A DNA stretch of 64,000 bases from contig CAJLXA010000004.1 of assembly GCA_905210485.1 (NCBI GenBank), positions 5,054 through 69,053 on the forward strand, in the 5' to 3' direction. Of this stretch, positions 62,526 to 64,000 are shown piece after piece (position 1 is the stretch's first letter; the number at the start of each line of letters is the position of its first letter). The stretch is from an uncultured Eubacteriales bacterium. GTDB lineage: Bacteria > Bacillota > Clostridia > Oscillospirales > CAG-272. The translations under genes were made by a program, and so were the position numbers. The notes beneath the pieces were generated by a model. That model ran no database searches. It was not told the DNA's origin and worked only from the letters and a program-made list of their open reading frames with translations.

Positions 62526-63389
62526 TCAGGCCTTGCCGACAGAGCCGAACAGCTCCATTTTCTCCTTGACTTTTGCCTTGATGGCGGCAGTACCGGGGGC
62601 AAGCAGTTTGCGCGGGTCAAAGCCCTTGCCGGTAAGGTCTTTGCCCTCTTCGATATATTTGCGGGTAGCTTCAGCAAAAACGAGCTGGCACTCGGTGTTC
62701 ACATTGATTTTGGACACGCCGAGGTCGATCGCGTGGCAGATCTGGTCATCGGGAATACCCGTACCGCCGTGAAGAACGAGCGGCATCTTGCCGACCTTAG
62801 CCGAAATCTTTTCCAGCGTGGGGAAAGAAAGGCCGGGCCAGTTTGCCGGATATTTACCGTGAATATTGCCGATACCTGCGGCGAGCATGGTTACGCCGAG
62901 ATCGGCAATCGTTTTGCATTCATCGGGGTCGGCACATTCGCCCATGCCGACAACGCCGTCTTCTTCGCCGCCGATTGCGCCGACTTCGGCTTCAAGGGAA
63001 ATGCCCAGTTTGCCTGTCAGTTCGACAAGCGCGCGCGTCTTTGCGATATTTTCATCAATCGGGAAATGCGAACCGTCAAACATAACGGAAGAAAAACCGG
63101 CGTCGATGCAGGCAAGTGCGCCCTCATAGGAGCCGTGGTCGAGATGCAGTGCCACAGGAACCGTGATCTTCAGTCCTTCCAGCATGCCTTTTACCATACC
63201 GACAACGGTCTTATAGCCGCACATATATTTGCCGGCGCCCTCGGATACGCCGAGAATAACGGGAGATTTAAGTTCTTCGGCCGTTTCGAGAATAGCCTTG
63301 GTCCATTCCAAGTTATTGATGTTAAACTGGCCGACGGCATAGTGGCCGGCTTTTGCTTTTTCCAGCATTTCTTTTGCGGAAACCAACAT
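62526..63389 (-). CDS. fba: class II fructose-1,6-bisphosphate aldolase
   Basis: 'GHYAVGQFNINNLEW', 'VALHLDHGSY', 'LVLHGGTGIPDD'. GGAGGT RBS. Confidence 0.9.
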   Translation of the reverse strand: MLVSAKEMLEKAKAGHYAVGQFNINNLEWTKAILETAEELKSPVILGVSEGAGKYMCGYKTVVGMVKGMLEGLKITVPVALHLDHGSYEGALACIDAGFSSVMFDGSHFPIDENIAKTRALVELTGKLGISLEAEVGAIGGEEDGVVGMGECADPDECKTIADLGVTMLAAGIGNIHGKYPANWPGLSFPTLEKISAKVGKMPLVLHGGTGIPDDQICHAIDLGVSKINVNTECQLVFAEATRKYIEEGKDLTGKGFDPRKLLAPGTAAIKAKVKEKMELFGSVGKA

Positions 63390-63433
63390 AGTAAATTACC
63401 TCCGAAAATTTTATTCGTCTTGAGAACAAATAT

Positions 63434-63462
63434 ATTATACACGCTTTTTTCAAAAAACGCAA
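63434..63462 (-). promoter_or_regulatory. promoter of fba
   Basis: Minus strand reads TTGCGT (63457-62) - 17 nt - TATAAT (63434-39). Confidence 0.65.
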
Positions 63463-63559
63463 GTAGTTAATCTATTTGTTTCCCTTAATTTTGAAAATTC
63501 TTCCGCTTTTTTATAGATTTTGTCGCGCCGCCCCTCCGTAAGGCATTTTCCTGTTGCTT

Positions 63560-64000
63560 TATTCACCGCTACGCACACGCCGCGCACGGTGTGCCTTAAC
63601 GCGGCATACGGCGGATTCTACGGCGATATACGCACACTGCGCATGAGGAAAAATGCGGCGGTATGGCGACTCTGCGTTATCTGCGGACAACGGCCGGTAC
63701 GCATGAAGAGATGCCGCATGCGGCGCGGTCTTTTTTTGAAACCTCCCGCCTGCTACGCGCACGAGGCATAGAAAAAATGGTGATACGCAACGTGTATAGC
63801 GTGCGTAAAACGCACCGATATGTGCAATGATACGCATGAAGAAACGGCAAAAAAGAGGGAAACGCTGATGTATACCCGACTGCAACGCACACAATGTGCA
63901 TGGGTGACGAAGTTATGCTTCGCGCGCACTTGCGCTGTATAAGCGATCGCCACGCGCACGATACGCATGAAGCGATGGCGCAATTGCAAAATGGAAGAGG
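63560..64000. repeat. gene-free field of degenerate dispersed repeats, continues past the window edge
   Basis: 10-nt motif copies: GCGCATGAGG 63639, ACGCATGAAG 63699, GCGCACGAGG 63757, ACGCATGAAG 63832, TGTGCATGGG 63895, ACGCATGAAG 63963 (spacing 58-75 nt). Many ACGC[AG]CA words lie between them. Confidence 0.6.

Noticed and set aside
10465-63890. Shared 9-mer GCAACGCAC linking the 10.46-kb array, the 22.56-kb upstream 14-mer and the 63.88-kb repeat field into one repeat family
   Set aside because: Outside the array there are only one or two extra occurrences of a GC-rich 9-mer in 64 kb, close to chance expectation. The flanks do not align.
1-64000. Search for mobile elements, prophage, defence systems, toxin-antitoxin pairs, tRNA/rRNA
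   Set aside because: I recognised no transposase, integrase, recombinase, reverse transcriptase, Cas, restriction-modification or phage structural motifs. I saw no tRNA-like T-arm sequences and no terminal inverted repeats flanking the low-GC stretch at 7.4-8.4 kb.

Overview
GC-rich chromosomal segment that reads like a spore-forming Clostridia/Firmicutes genome: spoIVB, a Ser T-box leader ahead of serS, GGAGG-type RBSs, lipobox lipoproteins and a FakA/DegV pair. I support about 46 CDS, mostly on the minus strand. I saw no rRNA, tRNA, CRISPR, transposase, integrase or phage genes. Ordinary blocks: alr-truB-addA-like-spoIVB (0-7.4 kb), a J-domain/rimO/pgsA operon (10.6-14.6 kb), a P-type ATPase, a heterodimeric ABC exporter, a PadR/DUF1700/DUF4097 triad, fakA-degV, TetR, RluA, a CDF transporter, HAD, serS and fba. 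Unusual blocks: (i) 25.8-40.1 kb holds three phosphoesterase genes around an 8.3-kb gene for a 2772-aa secreted protein, next to a divergent AraC regulator. This is my best candidate for an undescribed system. (ii) 40.2-52.5 kb holds a GldA/F/G-type ABC operon with two tandem GldG paralogs and a DUF4340-like gene, followed by two lipid-anchored proteins, one clearly trigger-factor-like. (iii) Five perfect copies of a 15-mer sit in tandem between convergent terminators at 10.46 kb. (iv) A lipoprotein gene (7.4-9.3 kb) changes base composition midway. (v) A LysR gene is 5'-truncated next to an orphan terminator. (vi) A degenerate repeat field runs off the right edge. Many very long ORFs opposite real genes, including a 2753-aa one, are codon-mirror shadows and are rejected as genes. 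All family assignments come from motifs read by eye; no database search was run.
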